DNA from: an uncultured Chloroflexia bacterium
GTDB lineage: Bacteria > Chloroflexota > Limnocylindria > Limnocylindrales > CSP1-4
Direction: 5' to 3'
Assembly (NCBI GenBank): GCA_963768655.1
Contig: CAVYIM010000004.1
Location: forward strand, 154,500-218,499
Length of the DNA stretch: 64,000 nt
The notes beneath the pieces are model-generated. The model searched no databases, was not told the origin of the DNA, and worked only from the letters and a program-made list of their open reading frames with translations. Position numbers and translations under genes: made by a program. Shown one piece after another: positions 38,701-47,116 of the stretch (position 1 is the first letter of the stretch; every line of letters begins with the position of its first letter).

Positions 38701-39790
38701 GATAACCGGCTACACCGTCACCAGTTCGCCTGGCTCCAAGACCTGTACCACCACCGGTGCTCTCTCCTGTACCGTGTCGGGTCTGACCAACGGCACGGCC
38801 TACACCTTCACCGTAACCGCCACCAACAGCGTCGGGACCGGTCTGGCCTCGGCCGCCTCGAACAGCGTCACTCCGGCCACCGTGCCTGGTGCACCGACGG
38901 CCGTCACCGTCACCCGCGGCAACGCCGCGGTGCTCGTGTCCTGGACCGCCCCGTCAGCCAACGGCAGTCCCATCACCGCCTACACGGTCACGAGCTCCAC
39001 TGGCTCCAAGACCTGTACCACCACCGGTGCTCTCTCCTGCACCGTGTCCGGCCTGACCAACGGCACCGCCTACACCTTCACCGTCAAGGCCACCAACAGC
39101 GTCGGTACAGGGGCCGCGTCGGCGGCCTCCGCATCGGTGACACCCACGACCGTGCCCGGCTCACCGACGGCCGCCACGGCCGTCCGAGGCAACGCCGCGG
39201 CTGCCGTGTCCTGGACCGCCCCGTCGGTCACCGGCTCCAGCTCGATAACCGGCTACACCGTCACCAGTTCGCCTGGCTCCAAGACCTGTACCACCACCGG
39301 TGCTCTCTCCTGTACCGTGTCGGGTCTGACCAACGGCACGGCCTACACCTTCACCGTAACCGCCACCAACAGCGTCGGGACCGGTCTGGCCTCGGCCGCC
39401 TCGAACAGCGTCACTCCGGCCACCGTGCCTGGTGCACCGACGGCCGTCACCGTCACCCGCGGCAACGCCGCGGTGCTCGTGTCCTGGACCGCCCCGTCAG
39501 CCAACGGCAGTCCCATCACCGCCTACACGGTCACGAGCTCCACTGGCTCCAAGACCTGTACCACCACCGGTGCTCTCTCCTGCACCGTGTCCGGCCTGAC
39601 CAACGGCACCGCCTACACCTTCACCGTCAAGGCCACCAACGCCCTGGGCACGGGAGCCGCCTCGGCCGCATCGGCCTCGGTGACACCCACGACCGCCGCG
39701 GTCACGTCGTCTTCAGAGCTCGGAACCGGACCGGCGACCACAGACCCGGGGCAGACAGCGGGTCGCCCGCGGACGGACTCTCGGCTCTGA
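26795..39790 (+). CDS. giant secreted Rhs/YD-repeat protein with C-terminal Kelch-propeller and FN3 arrays (4,331 aa)
   Basis: The GTG start lies 6 nt after GGAGGAGG, and the N-terminus looks like a Sec signal ([13 protein letters not shown]...LAGA). Dozens of YDxxGN...TD repeats are present, and the Rhs core ends at [17 protein letters not shown] (aa ~1120-1136). After that come a Gly-zipper-like segment and a beta/gamma-crystallin-like unit. Three 322-aa Kelch units and 21 FN3 domains complete the protein. Confidence 0.9.
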   Translation: MLARRPALAVAAAVLLLGGLPLSGIVPSRVLAGASTTPVSRSIDGMEDSGQPSSSSTHDVSLSTPWTVFDTDVDVVGGNLSFAQQDLTIPSIGFATTVARTYNSAAANVNGPFGYGWFWTYGLSVAAASGGVDVARADGRVDFYASNSSGYTPPAGIYDTLADTAGGGWTLTLVDQMVYTFAADGSLTSESDPNGNTATLAYTNGLVSSLTDTAGRTWTFIAAPDGVHVGEVDDPAGRKVDYSYSTAGDLVGVTDATGASETLAYVSHDLTSLTDANGNATTYVYNSGGSVASVTDALSHATSFAYNPGSLRTTVTDPRGNSHSYSYDPTSRVTVLTDALGASEYWTWDSSNDRISVMDRRADVTSYAYDAAGNITGVTDANGGTASAAYDADNHPLSRTDALGRTTTYGYDGNGNLTSITDPNSGVTAYGYDSYGERTSSTDADHNTTTYGYDAVGNLTSVSDALSETTTYEYDSAGRQTRITDPDGRITRFTYDALGRELSTTDGAGGVTSWTYDAVGNRLTQRDPDGNVTHFAYDAANHLISTTDALGHITTLGYDANGNRTSAADPLGDTTTTQYDLDNRATKVIDPNSHATTTAYDAVGNRASVTDANGHITSFTYDRLNRLVGVTDPAGGHAAYTYDAVGNMTNVTDPNGHTTTTTYDVLNRAVSEIDPLTHVQSSTYDAVGNLLTQTDANGVTTSYAYDAANRLLSATYAEGGVSYTYDGAGDQVSVTDAGGTTSYTYDGARRLLTNTSNAGTVSATTVTYTYDAAGNLKSLQNPDGTTTHYGYDADNRQASVTDSNGHVSSFGYDNAGRRITEDLPNGTHGVWAYDAASQVTSITWTGPASQTLSTIKYSYDPVGNKTEIDDNSGKNGFSYDALDRLVSASYGGRGVNVTYAYDPAGNRTSMTVSGITTTYTYDAANRLLSVNGSQVTSDGNGNVLVLGSQSFAYDSRNRLVEAVTGSVTEHFAYDGADQRASTSVNGAATSYAYDEHGQLAQVVTESGSAASHVYGLDGQVLWDVSSDQGTTYYQQDAMGSTTMLTAADGSVSGTRYYDAFGSPVSAQVGSGSYWYDGQQYDENSGLIYLRARYYDAALGRFLSPDTATPDYADTQSLNQYVFAQNNPLRFEDPSGKFLQVLLGAAIGAAVGATADVGMTLLTDYVSNGGHFSDDLGAKVAGAAVSGAIEGGIDVGLATATGGASLVAGSLGSGVADAAGYATTAALDEYFYHKPTTTSDLVTGIAVHGVLGMAEGGLSQGIADRLVPNTSSVLNSLVSGTVSGLFEGVEGYFENPTALAPGELASPAGGQWRGFGAGGGGAAWGSGGVSGGGGAYVPATFSPTPPTMPEPSGPVVLVCDGANFSPSCVDLAPGAYADLSVFGMDKRITSFRASGYQVTLFDQLNFGGNATYYSGDVAQLAAGLDNTARSIRILPVASGSWSQVTPSGLIPLARYGGVSVWDPTDKVQLVFGGNGSGIGFLNDMWAYSPAASTWSQLLPASGSPTTSFGYYARGAWDSADGELLLWGNDCTSTCVSQLWSFVPSTRIWTKLSPTGTAPGAGYPVVWDTVGKRLLVVDSSGNVTAYSPTTNAWAALTTGTTKPSNNLGVAWDSTDGIVLQFGGGRSCNNGNCNDLWAYSPVAGTWTQLTATNPPGLRSNEQLVWDSVHNQLLVVDGSSYINGISTYYDDVWAYSVAQSRWQQLTVSGTHPAARWYADLVFDPTDDIALLFGGSSSTTSFLGDLSAYQPTALTLPTGPISGAPNAWSPAPTITSPLARYGGVSVWDPTDKVQLVFGGNGSGIGFLNDMWAYSPAASTWSQLLPASGSPTTSFGYYARGAWDSADGELLLWGNDCTSTCVSQLWSFVPSTRIWTKLSPTGTAPGAGYPVVWDTVGKRLLVVDSSGNVTAYSPTTNAWAALTTGTTKPSNNLGVAWDSTDGIVLQFGGGRSCNNGNCNDLWAYSPVAGTWTQLTATNPPGLRSNEQLVWDSVHNQLLVVDGSSYINGISTYYDDVWAYSVAQSRWQQLTVSGTHPAARWYADLVFDPTDDIALLFGGSSSTTSFLGDLSAYQPTALTLPTGPISGAPNAWSPAPTITSPLARYGGVSVWDPTDKVQLVFGGNGSGIGFLNDMWAYSPAASTWSQLLPASGSPTTSFGYYARGAWDSADGELLLWGNDCTSTCVSQLWSFVPSTRIWTKLSPTGTAPGAGYPVVWDTVGKRLLVVDSSGNVTAYSPTTNAWAALTTGTTKPSNNLGVAWDSTDGIVLQFGGGRSCNNGNCNDLWAYSPVAGTWTQLTATNPPGLRSNEQLVWDSVHNQLLVVDGSSYINGISTYYDDVWAYSVAQSRWQQLTVSGTHPAARWYADLVFDPTDDIALLFGGSSSTTSFLGDLSAYQPVGMPGAPSGVVATRGNTTASISWVAPVWTGGTPITGYTVTSAPAGLTCTTTGATTCTVSGLSNGTSYTFTVTATNLMGTGPASAPSAAVIPATLPAAPTGATAQRGNASALVSWTAPSSTGGIPITGYTATSYPGGLTCATTGATSCTVSGLTNGTSYAFTVAATNDVGTGPASAASSPVIPAALPGPPTGVAATSGPTSASVMWTAPAVTGGSPITGYTVTSLPGAKTCTTTGAKTCTVTGLTNGTAYTFTVTATNLVGTGLPSAPSAAVTPLGPPAAPTGATATRGNASAVVFWTAPSDNGASPITGYTVTSSPDSQTCTWTSGPLSCTVMGLTNGTAYTFTVTATNSVGTGPASSPSAAVTPATTPDPPSGVTGTRGNTSVLVSWTAPYSGGSPITGYTVTSSPYSQNCTSTGATMCTVTGLTNGQAYTFTVTATNAVGTGPASASSDPVTPATLPGAPSGVIVAPADAAVTAWWTAPSSDGASPITGYTVTSSPGGLTCTTTGDLTCTVTGLTNGQPYTFTVTATNDVGVGPASAASLAVTPVTVPDVPTGVAATRGNGEVLVSWTAPADTGGLPITGYVAISDPDGDTCSTTGATSCMVTGLTNGQGYTFTVLAANDVGVSDPSDPSTSVTPDAVPDPPTDVIATAGDSSASVTWSAPSDNGTIITAYTVTSSPDGWTCATTDELTCVVTDLSNGTAYTFTVTASSDAGPGLPSAPSAPITPAALPDAPTDVTAAPGNGSALVSWTAPSDNGSPITGYTVTSSPDGKTCAWTSGPLSCAVTGLTNGTAYSFTVTATNGVGTGSSSAASSKVTPATAPGAPTGVSGVRGNGSVLVSWTAPASDGGAAITLYTVTSSPGSKTCTWATGSLSCTVTGLTNGTAYTFTVTATNGVGTGLASAASNSVTPATVPGAPTAVAATRGNASAVVSWTAPASNGGSVITLYTVTSSPDGKTCTWTSGPLSCTVSGLTNGTAYTFTVTATNGVGTGALSTASASVTPATVPGAPTGVTATRGNASALVSWTAPGSNGGVAITGYAVTSTPDSKTCTWTTGALSCTVSGLTNGTAYTFSVTATNSVGTGLASAASNSVTPATVPGAPTAVSATRGNAAATVSWSAPASTGGSAITAYTVTSSTGSKTCTTAGAVSCTVTGLTNGTAYTFTVTATNGVGTGAASAASASVTPATFPGAPTAATATRGNTSATVSWTAGATNGAAISAYQVIAKPEGESCTTTGALSCTVSGLTNGTAYTFTVTATNSVGTGLASAASNSVTPATVPGAPTAVTVTRGNAAVLVSWTAPSANGSPITAYTVTSSTGSKTCTTTGALSCTVSGLTNGTAYTFTVKATNSVGTGAASAASASVTPTTVPGSPTAATAVRGNAAAAVSWTAPSVTGSSSITGYTVTSSPGSKTCTTTGALSCTVSGLTNGTAYTFTVTATNSVGTGLASAASNSVTPATVPGAPTAVTVTRGNAAVLVSWTAPSANGSPITAYTVTSSTGSKTCTTTGALSCTVSGLTNGTAYTFTVKATNSVGTGAASAASASVTPTTVPGSPTAATAVRGNAAAAVSWTAPSVTGSSSITGYTVTSSPGSKTCTTTGALSCTVSGLTNGTAYTFTVTATNSVGTGLASAASNSVTPATVPGAPTAVTVTRGNAAVLVSWTAPSANGSPITAYTVTSSTGSKTCTTTGALSCTVSGLTNGTAYTFTVKATNSVGTGAASAASASVTPTTVPGSPTAATAVRGNAAAAVSWTAPSVTGSSSITGYTVTSSPGSKTCTTTGALSCTVSGLTNGTAYTFTVTATNSVGTGLASAASNSVTPATVPGAPTAVTVTRGNAAVLVSWTAPSANGSPITAYTVTSSTGSKTCTTTGALSCTVSGLTNGTAYTFTVKATNALGTGAASAASASVTPTTAAVTSSSELGTGPATTDPGQTAGRPRTDSRL
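31142..33964 (+). repeat. intragenic tandem repeat, 966-bp unit x ~2.9, apparently 100% identical
   Basis: Identical sequence recurs at offsets of 966 nt (31142, 32108, 33074). Even the off-frame ORFs in the track are identical between copies (for example 31693..32310 equals 32659..33276). Copy 3 diverges after CTATCAGCCA at 33964. Confidence 0.95.
37656..39640 (+). repeat. intragenic tandem repeat, 543-bp unit (two FN3 domains) x ~3.65, near-identical
   Basis: Period of 543 nt (for example TGGCTCCAAG at 38188, 38731 and 39274). The only difference I saw is ACC versus ACG in AACGGCAC[C/G]GCC: copies 1-2 carry C and copies 3-4 carry G. The array ends where ...GCCACCAAC is followed by GCCCTGGGC instead of AGCGTCGG. 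Confidence 0.9.
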
Positions 39791-39833
39791 CCCCAGGGCT
39801 GTTGGCGGTCGCCCGAGGGCTTGCGTAGGCTCG

Positions 39834-42428
39834 TCAGTCCAGCTCCAGCGACGCCCGCAGGCGGATATCGCGCGAGGAGGCACCGACCAGGATCTCGAAC
39901 CGGCCGGGCTCGATTCGCCAGCCGCCGCCGGCTTCGTCCCAGTAGGCCAGATCGCGGTCCTGGAGAGCGAAGGAGACGTCGACGCTCTCGCCCGGCGCCA
40001 GGTGCACTGCCGTGAAGCCCTTCAGCTCGCGCGGCGGGCGCGGGACCGACGACTCCAGGTCGGCGACGTAGACCTGCACCACTTCCTTGCCGGGGCGGCC
40101 ACCCGCGTTGCGCAGCCGAACCTTCAGCTGGGCCGAGTCACCGGCGGGCAGGCCGTCGGCGGTGACTTCGAGCGACTCGAACTCGATGCGGGCGTAGCCC
40201 AGGCCGTGCCCGAAGCAGAACCTCGGTTCGATCCCCGCGATGTCGAAGTGGCGGTAGCCCAGGTTGACGCCCTCGGCATAGACCAGTTCCTCCCGCTCGC
40301 CCGGCATCGTGCTGAGCGCGGGATAGTCGCATTCGCGGACGGCGATCGTGAAGGGCAGCCGCCCGCCCGGCTCGGCGGCGCCGAGCAGTACGTCGGCGAG
40401 GGCGCTGCCGAATTCCTGGCCCGGCAGCCAGGCGTACAGGACGGCAGCGACTCGATCTGCCCAGGGCAGATCCATCGGGCAGCCGGCGTTGACGACGACG
40501 ACGGTCCTGCGGTTGGCCGCGGCGACGCGCTCGACGAGCTCGTTCTGGCGGCCGGGTAGCGTGACGGTCGTGCGGTCGCGGCCCTCGGATTCCCAGTGCT
40601 CGTCGTTGCCGACGACGACGATCGCCACGTCTGCCGTGGCGGCCGCGGCGGCGGCTCGCTCCAGCTGGTCCGCCGCCTGCGGAGGACGGCAGCCGATGTT
40701 GAGCTGGTACGGGGAGTGAGTCGCCGAATGAATCTCGGCTTCGATGAGCACCGGCTCGCCGGCTCGAAGCTCGAATGTGCCGCCGTCCCGGCTGCCTTCG
40801 AACAGGGCCGTCGGGATGTCGGCCGCGGGACGGGCGTCCCAGAGGTCCGCCGCCACGACACCACCAACCTTCAGCCGCCGGCCGCCGAATCCGCGCAGCT
40901 CGATGTCGTGCGGACCGCTCTCGGACGGAGTGAGCCGGCAGGACAGGCGCACGGCGAAGTCGTCGGCCGCGATGCCGTGGGGCAGGTCGCCGAATATGTG
41001 CAGCTCGCTCGAGTCGACATGCCAGCTGGCGACAGGATCGCCGGCCGGCTCCTGGCCGTGGAAGAACTCGACCGTGAGGCCGGGCTGGCCGTGGAGGTCG
41101 CGCACGTCCATCGCGCTCAACGGCGGCAGGAACAGGTCGATGTGGCAGCCCGGTTCGTGGACTATCTCGGCTCCCGGGAGCGCGGCCCGCAGCCCCTCGA
41201 TCGGAGTCACCGTGGGCGGGGCGGCGATGTTGGCCGCACCGCCTCCCTGGGCGCACGGTTTGGAGGCGTTGGGCCCGATGACCGCCAGCTTGCGGATGCC
41301 GGCCGGAGCGAGCGGCAAGGTGCCGTCGTTGGTCAGCAGCACGAACGACTCGGCGGCGGCCCGGCGCACGAGGGCCGAAGCCGCGGCGTCGGACAGGTGC
41401 CAGGGCTGCTCGGGATCGAGCGGCGCGTTGCCGGGGCCGGAGCCGGCGAGCGGCCGCGCGCCCGCGCCCTCGGCCCGCGCGCGGGCGCCCTCGGCCCGCG
41501 CGCCCACGCGACCGGCGCCCCCCGAGGCTCCACCTCCGACCAGTGCCCCGACGCGCGCCGCGAGCAACAGTATCCGGCGTGCCTTGTCGTTCAGGACCGC
41601 TTCGCTCACCTCGCCCCGCCTGACCGCCTCGCCCAGCACCGGGCCCAAGAAGCGGGCAGGACCGGGCATCTCCAGGTCCAGTCCGGCCAGGGCTCCGGCG
41701 ACGGTGTCGTCGGCGGCGTGCCAGTCGGACATCAGCACGCCGTCCCAGCCCCACTCGCCCTTCAGAATCTCGCGGACCAGGTGATCGTGATCGACGCAGT
41801 GGACTCCGTTGACGAGGTTGTAGGCGGCCATGATCGACCACGCCCCGGCGTTCGCGGCGGCCTCGAAGGGGACCAGGTAGACCTCGCGCAAGGTCCTCTC
41901 GTCGACCCGGCAGTCGACCGAGGTGCGGTGGGTCTCGGATTCGTTGGCGACGAAGTGCTTAGGCGTGGCGGCCACTCCCGCCGACTGCATTCCCGCGACG
42001 TAGGCGGCGCCGAGCACGGCGGCCAGAACCGGATCCTCGGAGTACGCCTCGAAATCCCGGCCGCCCAGCGGTGAGCGGACGAGGTTGAGCACCGGCCCCA
42101 GCATGTAGTGGACGCCGGCCCGCTTCGCCTCGGCGCCGATCCGGGCCGCGACCTCGCGGACCAGATCCACGTCCCAGGTCGCGCCGAGGGCAGTGCCGCA
42201 CGGCGTGCACGTGGCCGTCGAACCGGCCGGGAAGGTCATGCCCCGAGCGCCGTTCGGGCCGTCCAGCGTGACCATCGGCGCGAGGCCGATCGAGGGCGCG
42301 CCGCACGGGTGCCAGGCGTCGACCCCGCCCGTCAACGCGGCCTTCTCCTTTATGCCGAGAGCCCCCAGGAGCTCTTCCAGGCGTTCGGGGCTGATCGGGC
42401 TGTCGGGAGCGGGGCGGGCGACCTGCAT
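39834..42428 (-). CDS. GH3 beta-glucosidase with PA14-like insertion and C-terminal Fn3-like domain
   Basis: The ATG at 42428 gives MQVARPAP. Contains SEDPVLAA, KHFVANESE and GVLMSDW (GH3 nucleophile region), and a C-terminal part ending VYVADLESSVPRPPRELKGF. The upstream part of the 1,147-aa ORF looks non-coding. Confidence 0.9.
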   Translation of the reverse strand: MQVARPAPDSPISPERLEELLGALGIKEKAALTGGVDAWHPCGAPSIGLAPMVTLDGPNGARGMTFPAGSTATCTPCGTALGATWDVDLVREVAARIGAEAKRAGVHYMLGPVLNLVRSPLGGRDFEAYSEDPVLAAVLGAAYVAGMQSAGVAATPKHFVANESETHRTSVDCRVDERTLREVYLVPFEAAANAGAWSIMAAYNLVNGVHCVDHDHLVREILKGEWGWDGVLMSDWHAADDTVAGALAGLDLEMPGPARFLGPVLGEAVRRGEVSEAVLNDKARRILLLAARVGALVGGGASGGAGRVGARAEGARARAEGAGARPLAGSGPGNAPLDPEQPWHLSDAAASALVRRAAAESFVLLTNDGTLPLAPAGIRKLAVIGPNASKPCAQGGGAANIAAPPTVTPIEGLRAALPGAEIVHEPGCHIDLFLPPLSAMDVRDLHGQPGLTVEFFHGQEPAGDPVASWHVDSSELHIFGDLPHGIAADDFAVRLSCRLTPSESGPHDIELRGFGGRRLKVGGVVAADLWDARPAADIPTALFEGSRDGGTFELRAGEPVLIEAEIHSATHSPYQLNIGCRPPQAADQLERAAAAAATADVAIVVVGNDEHWESEGRDRTTVTLPGRQNELVERVAAANRRTVVVVNAGCPMDLPWADRVAAVLYAWLPGQEFGSALADVLLGAAEPGGRLPFTIAVRECDYPALSTMPGEREELVYAEGVNLGYRHFDIAGIEPRFCFGHGLGYARIEFESLEVTADGLPAGDSAQLKVRLRNAGGRPGKEVVQVYVADLESSVPRPPRELKGFTAVHLAPGESVDVSFALQDRDLAYWDEAGGGWRIEPGRFEILVGASSRDIRLRASLELD

Positions 42429-42564
42429 GACTTGTCCTCGTGCGGGCTCTGGCGTGGCGAAATCGTAGCCCAGCGGTGGCAGGGTGGTCGACTGGGGGTG
42501 GTCGCCGCCACGGGCGTGGCCTAACCTTGTGCGGCGTCCAGCGCAGGCAGGAAAGGGGCGGGGC

Positions 42565-42759
42565 ATGGCGACGGCGAAGAATGTACCGGGCAACGGTGGA
42601 GCTGCCGAAGATACGCCGACCGCCGACGCGGCCGCCACCGGCATCGCGGCGGGTCCCGAGGATCCGGGCGGCTGGTTCTGGGCCGTGCCGGCGGGGCTGT
42701 CGGTGCTCGGGCTGCTCTGGATGGTGCGCGGGCGCCGTCGCAGCCGCTGCCGCGGATGA
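42565..42759 (+). CDS. small (64 aa) single-pass membrane peptide with Arg-rich C-terminal tail
   Basis: The ATG follows GAAAGGGG and third-position GC is high. The protein has an acidic N-terminal part, a helix WFWAVPAGLSVLGLLWMV and a tail RGRRRSRCRG. Its stop overlaps the next gene's start (ATGA). Confidence 0.4.
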   Translation: MATAKNVPGNGGAAEDTPTADAAATGIAAGPEDPGGWFWAVPAGLSVLGLLWMVRGRRRSRCRG

Positions 42760-43760
42760 GCAACCCCGAAGCCGGCGCCGGGGCGGCCGCCGCCGAGGCA
42801 TCCGTCGCCGCCGGCTCGACAGCCGAACGCCCGACGGCCGAACAGCGGACGATCGAACACGCGACGGCCGAGAGCCCGCCAACCTCGATGCGGCCGATCG
42901 ACCGCCTGATCGACCGGCTCCGCATCTACCGCGCGCCGACCGTGCTGGGCCTCTCGGGTGTCGGCGTCGTGTTCCTTGGCTGGCTTCTCCTGGTCGTCGG
43001 ACCGGAGAAGGGGACCACGGGCTTCGATGCCTTCGCCTACTGGGCCGTCTCGCCGTGGCATCCGTATGCGACGCCGCTCGGCGATGTTGGCTCGTTCACG
43101 TACACGCCGGCCGTGGCCCTGTTCTTCGCGCCGGTCCACAACCTCATGTTCGGCGCGTTCTACGTGCTCTGGGCCGGCTTCCTCGCGGCGAACCTCGTCT
43201 GGCTGACACGGCGCCACGCTCTCATGTGGCTGGCGTTCATCCCGGTGTCTCTCGAGCTGTACGAAGCCAACGTCCACCTGCTGCTCGCGACCGTCTGTGT
43301 GCTCGGGTTCGAGTACCCGGGCCTGTGGTCGATCGGCATTCTGACCAAGGTCACGCCGGGTATCTCACTGCTGTGGTTCGTGGTTCGCAAGGAGTGGCGG
43401 TCGCTGGCCCTCGCCCTCGGAACCACGGCCGCGATTGGCGTCGTTTCGTTCGCCATCGCCCCGAGCGCGTGGTTCGATTGGGTCACGTTCCTGACCAGCT
43501 CCAGTTCCACGGGGCCAGTCGAGAATGCCTCCTACCAGTGGTTGATTCCGCCGCTGGTCCTTCGCCTGGCGGTCGCGGCGGCCCTGATCGTCTGGGGCGC
43601 GCGGACCGATCGACGCTGGGTCGTGCCCGTAGCGACGGTGCTGGCGATGCCCGTCCTGTGGATCACCTCGCCCGCGGTCCTGGTGGCAATTCCGCGGCTG
43701 CGCCGGCTGCGCACCGCGCCGGCGCCCCAGGGCCACCTCGAATCGGCGAGCTCTGCGTAG
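42756..43760 (+). CDS. polytopic membrane protein, GT87/DUF2029-like (PimE-type GT-C glycosyltransferase family), paralog 1
   Basis: About 8 TM helices. Contains FTYTPAVALFFAP and LTKVTPGISLLWFVVRKEWR. Clearly paralogous to 60029..61003. The family call is from memory of GT87 motifs. Confidence 0.5.
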   Translation: MSNPEAGAGAAAAEASVAAGSTAERPTAEQRTIEHATAESPPTSMRPIDRLIDRLRIYRAPTVLGLSGVGVVFLGWLLLVVGPEKGTTGFDAFAYWAVSPWHPYATPLGDVGSFTYTPAVALFFAPVHNLMFGAFYVLWAGFLAANLVWLTRRHALMWLAFIPVSLELYEANVHLLLATVCVLGFEYPGLWSIGILTKVTPGISLLWFVVRKEWRSLALALGTTAAIGVVSFAIAPSAWFDWVTFLTSSSSTGPVENASYQWLIPPLVLRLAVAAALIVWGARTDRRWVVPVATVLAMPVLWITSPAVLVAIPRLRRLRTAPAPQGHLESASSA

Positions 43761-43846
43761 CGGACCTACAATCCGACTCGCCGTCCCGCCAGAATGCCCG
43801 CCGGCCGCGCCGGGGTGGGTGCACGAATCGACAGCAGGGTAGCCAC

Positions 43847-46693
43847 ATGTTCGATCGACTCGGCCGGCTGGTGCTCAGGCTCCGGTTCGTCCTGATTGCC
43901 ATCTGGGTAGTCGGTGCGATCGCGTTCGGCGTCCTGGGCCCGTCGCTGGCGAAGGTCGGGTCGGCCGACGAAACCAGCTTCCTGCCCAAGAACGCGGATT
44001 CGCTGGCCGCCCTCAAAGTCCTTTCGGCCGCCTTCCCCAGCGACTCGGCTCCGTCGACGGCGCTGATCGTCTTCTCGCGCCAGAGCGGCCTGACCGACGC
44101 GGACCGCGCCGCCATCGAGGGCCTGAGCACGTGGTTCGGAGGCGACAGTCGTCCCGCCGGCGTCCTGCGCTACGTCACCGCTGAGGGCACGCCCAGCCTG
44201 GCCACCATGTTCCGAAGCTCCGATGGCGTGGTCGAGCTGGCCCAGGTGGATTTCGATGCGCCCTCGTTCCTGCCACGGACCAACTCCGCCGTCGACGCCA
44301 TACGGGCTCACCTTGCCGCGCCGGGCGTGCTGCCGGCCGGGCTCGTGGCCCAGGTCAGCGGCCAGGCCGGGATCGGCCGTGACTATCTGAACGCCATCCA
44401 GCAGGGCACGAACAGCACGACCGTGGTCACGATCGTGCTCGTCGTCGTGGTGCTGCTGTTGATCTACCGCGCGCCGCTTGCGGCCCTGGTGCCGCTGGCC
44501 ACGATCGGCTGCGCCTTCCTGGTCTCGCGCGGCCTGCTCGGCTTCCTGGCCCAGGGCGGCTGGCAGCTCTCGTCCGTCCTCGACTCGTTCATCGTCGTGC
44601 TCGTCTTCGGCGTCGGCACGGACTACACGATCTTCCTGATATCGCGATTCAGAGAGGAGTTGGGCCGCAACAGCCACGACGACGCGGTCCGGGTGACCGT
44701 CAGCCGCATCGGCGCCGTCATCGCCGCGTCCGCGGCGACCGTCATCGTCGGCCTGAGCTCCATGATCGTCGCCAGCTTCGGCATGATCCAGACGACCGGC
44801 CCGGCCCTGGCCATCACGATCTTCATCACTCTGCTGGCCGGCCTGACGCTCACTCCGTCGCTGCTGGCGATCTTCGGCCGGCGGCTCTTCTGGCCGCTCC
44901 ACGAGCAGACCAGGACGGCCGCCTCGGACGAGAAGGGATTCTGGGCGGCGGTCGCCCGCCGGATCACGGACCGCCCGGGGTTGCTGGCCGCGGTCGTCCT
45001 GGTCGCGCTGGCGGCGCCGTTGCTGGCTCTGCCCCAGCTCAAGGAGAACTTCAACGTTCTCGAGGAACTGCCCGGCAACGCCGAGTCGCGCCTCGGCTTC
45101 GACACGCTCAGCCAGCACCTGGCCGAGGGCCAGCTGATGCCGCTCAATGTGCTGGTCGAGGTGCCGGCCGGGAATCTGGCCAGCCCTGCGGACCTGGCCC
45201 GTATCGGGCAGCTGGAGCAGAAGATCGCCGCGCTGCCGGACATCCAGTCGGTCAGCAGCGTCGTCGACCCGACGGGCCAGGGCACGGTTTCTGGCGTCGT
45301 GGAGCCGGCGACCGAGCTGGCCTCCATGGCGCAAGGCTTCGCGCAGCCGCCGAGCACGAACCTCAACGTCAACCTGAGCGACGCCTCTCTGGCGTCGATC
45401 GAATCCACGGTCGCGTACGTTGGCGGGCTGGCCGGGGCCTATCCGAACGTGGCGGGCGCGACCCTGACCGCCACCGAGGCGGATCTGGCCACTCTCCAGC
45501 TGAGCATCGTGAACGGGCGCGACCAGGCCAACGCCGCCAACCAGCTCGGCGCGCTTGCCGCCCAGCTGCAGGCCGCTGCCACCTCAGCCCCGAGCGGCGA
45601 TGCTGCCAGCCAGCTGGCCCAGCTCAAGTCCTACCTGGACGAGCTCGGCGCGGCGATGCCGGCGCTGACTGCGACCGACGCGTACAAGGCCGCGGAGACC
45701 GCCATCCCGCAGGTGGCGGCGACTCGCGATGCCGGGGCCTTCATGACACTCGTGGCTGCTCTTGGCCAGATGCAGGCGTGGTTCGAGGCCCAGCCGACCG
45801 CCTTCTACTTCAGCCCCACCACGGCGACGCCCACGGCCGAACAGCTGGCCGCCCAGCAGGCTACGGCCGCAGCCCGTGCCCGCCTGCCCGGTGAGTTGAG
45901 CCAGCTCGCCGCCTCGTTCGGCGCCGGCGACCTGTACGCGCCGCCCAGCCTGACGGCGGCCTACGTCTCGGGCGCCGGGAACGTGACCCAGCTGTATGTG
46001 ACCACCACGAGCAACCCGTACGACACGGCGTCCTTCGACGCCGTTCGCTCGCTCCAGACGCTGATGGCCGGTCAGGCGTCGAGTTTCGGGCCGGGGGCCA
46101 CGACGTACGTGGGCGGCGCGACCGCCGAATACGCGGACGTCCAATCCACGATCTCGTCCGACTTCCTGCGCGTCGCCGTGATCACGATCGTGGGCATCCT
46201 GATCGTCCTCATCCTGCTGCTGCGGGCGCTCGCGGCACCCGCATACCTGGTGCTGACGGTCCTGCTGTCGTACTCGGCCAGCCTGAGTCTCTCGGCTTTT
46301 CTGGTTCAGACCGTGTTCGGCCAGCCAGGCATCAACTACTTCATACCGCTGATGGTCTTCGTGCTGCTGGTCGCCCTGGGTTCCGACTACAACATCTTCT
46401 TGATGTCGCGGGTCCGCGAGGAGAGCGCCGTGCGGCCGCTGCGGCAGGGCATCCGCGCCGCCTCGGCTCGAACCGGCACGGTCATCACCTCGGCCGGCCT
46501 GATCCTGGCGGGGACCTTCGGGGCGTTGATCACGTCGCCGCTGCAGCTGCTCTTCCAGGTCGGCGTGACCGTCGCCCTGGGCGTGCTGATCGACACGTTC
46601 ATCGTCCGGAGCCTGCTCGTCCCGGCCATCACCGCCTTCATCGGGGAGTGGGCCTGGTGGCCGTTCCACCGGCGGGGCGCCGGGGGAGCTTAG
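43847..46693 (+). CDS. MMPL/RND-superfamily membrane transporter
   Basis: The internal ATG at 43847 gives MFDRLGRLVLRLRFVLIAIWVV. Two 6-TM bundles are present, with GVGTDYTIFLISRFREE and ALGSDYNIFLMSRVREE (MMPL signature). An Ala-rich insertion sits in the second extracytoplasmic domain. Confidence 0.9.
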   Translation: MFDRLGRLVLRLRFVLIAIWVVGAIAFGVLGPSLAKVGSADETSFLPKNADSLAALKVLSAAFPSDSAPSTALIVFSRQSGLTDADRAAIEGLSTWFGGDSRPAGVLRYVTAEGTPSLATMFRSSDGVVELAQVDFDAPSFLPRTNSAVDAIRAHLAAPGVLPAGLVAQVSGQAGIGRDYLNAIQQGTNSTTVVTIVLVVVVLLLIYRAPLAALVPLATIGCAFLVSRGLLGFLAQGGWQLSSVLDSFIVVLVFGVGTDYTIFLISRFREELGRNSHDDAVRVTVSRIGAVIAASAATVIVGLSSMIVASFGMIQTTGPALAITIFITLLAGLTLTPSLLAIFGRRLFWPLHEQTRTAASDEKGFWAAVARRITDRPGLLAAVVLVALAAPLLALPQLKENFNVLEELPGNAESRLGFDTLSQHLAEGQLMPLNVLVEVPAGNLASPADLARIGQLEQKIAALPDIQSVSSVVDPTGQGTVSGVVEPATELASMAQGFAQPPSTNLNVNLSDASLASIESTVAYVGGLAGAYPNVAGATLTATEADLATLQLSIVNGRDQANAANQLGALAAQLQAAATSAPSGDAASQLAQLKSYLDELGAAMPALTATDAYKAAETAIPQVAATRDAGAFMTLVAALGQMQAWFEAQPTAFYFSPTTATPTAEQLAAQQATAAARARLPGELSQLAASFGAGDLYAPPSLTAAYVSGAGNVTQLYVTTTSNPYDTASFDAVRSLQTLMAGQASSFGPGATTYVGGATAEYADVQSTISSDFLRVAVITIVGILIVLILLLRALAAPAYLVLTVLLSYSASLSLSAFLVQTVFGQPGINYFIPLMVFVLLVALGSDYNIFLMSRVREESAVRPLRQGIRAASARTGTVITSAGLILAGTFGALITSPLQLLFQVGVTVALGVLIDTFIVRSLLVPAITAFIGEWAWWPFHRRGAGGA

Positions 46694-46886
46694 GGCCAGC
46701 GTGCCAGCGTGGTTGATGGGTCGCGTCGCGACCGTCTTCTCCAGTCCCGTCGAGCTCGGCCGACACCTTCGGTACCATCGTCCTGCCCCCCGATTGGGGT
46801 CTGGCGCACGTCTTGACCTCTGCTGCTACACTCGCCAGACACCGCTCGACCGCGAGCCGGTGTAGTAACTGCTACGGAGAACCAGG

Positions 46887-47093
46887 TTGGGTCTGTTCAA
46901 CAGTCGGAACCGCCGCCACGTCGCCATCCTCGTTCGGACGGATGGTCGTCGCGTGCAGGTGCCCACCGACAACCTCGGCCTGGTCGACGTCTCCCTCCTC
47001 GGTCTACTTCATACCCTCGAGCTCGGCATTGAGCGCGTATTCGTACTCATTACCGGCTCCCGGCGGGAGGCTGGACCCAGGGACAAGCGCTGA
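46887..47093 (+). promoter_or_regulatory. candidate ilv leader ORF (68 codons, TTG start) ending just before a terminator
   Basis: GGAGA lies 6 nt before the TTG. The 3' half encodes LLGLLHTLELGIERVFVLIT, using locally rare A/T-ending Val and Ile codons (GTA, GTA, ATT, ATT). The stop lies 24 nt before the terminator stem. Confidence 0.3.
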
Positions 47094-47116
47094 CGACGCA
47101 AACCCCGAAAGACCAG

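Noticed and set aside
31142-39640. Diversity-generating retroelement (template/variable repeat) as an explanation for the near-identical coding repeats.
   Set aside because: There is no reverse transcriptase gene in the window. The only difference seen is a C/G change rather than adenine-specific substitutions, and the repeats are tandem whole-domain units.
41474-41515. 21-nt in-frame tandem duplication inside the GH3 gene, encoding ARAEGAR twice.
   Set aside because: It is real in the sequence (19 of 21 nt identical), but it lies in a low-complexity Gly/Ala/Arg loop and is probably a neutral slippage product of no functional note.
42429-43277. N-terminal 283-aa extension of the GH3 ORF (39834..43277) and the single 1,417-aa ORF 42440..46693.
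   Set aside because: The GH3 homology starts at MQVARPAP (42428), and the upstream part is Arg/Pro-rich. The 1,417-aa ORF is an open frame running through the GT87-like gene, which is read in another frame; only its last 949 aa (from 43847) look like an MMPL protein.
46813-46832. TTGACC...TACACT as a promoter for the ilv leader.
   Set aside because: The spacer is only 8 nt, which is incompatible with a sigma-70-type -35/-10 arrangement.
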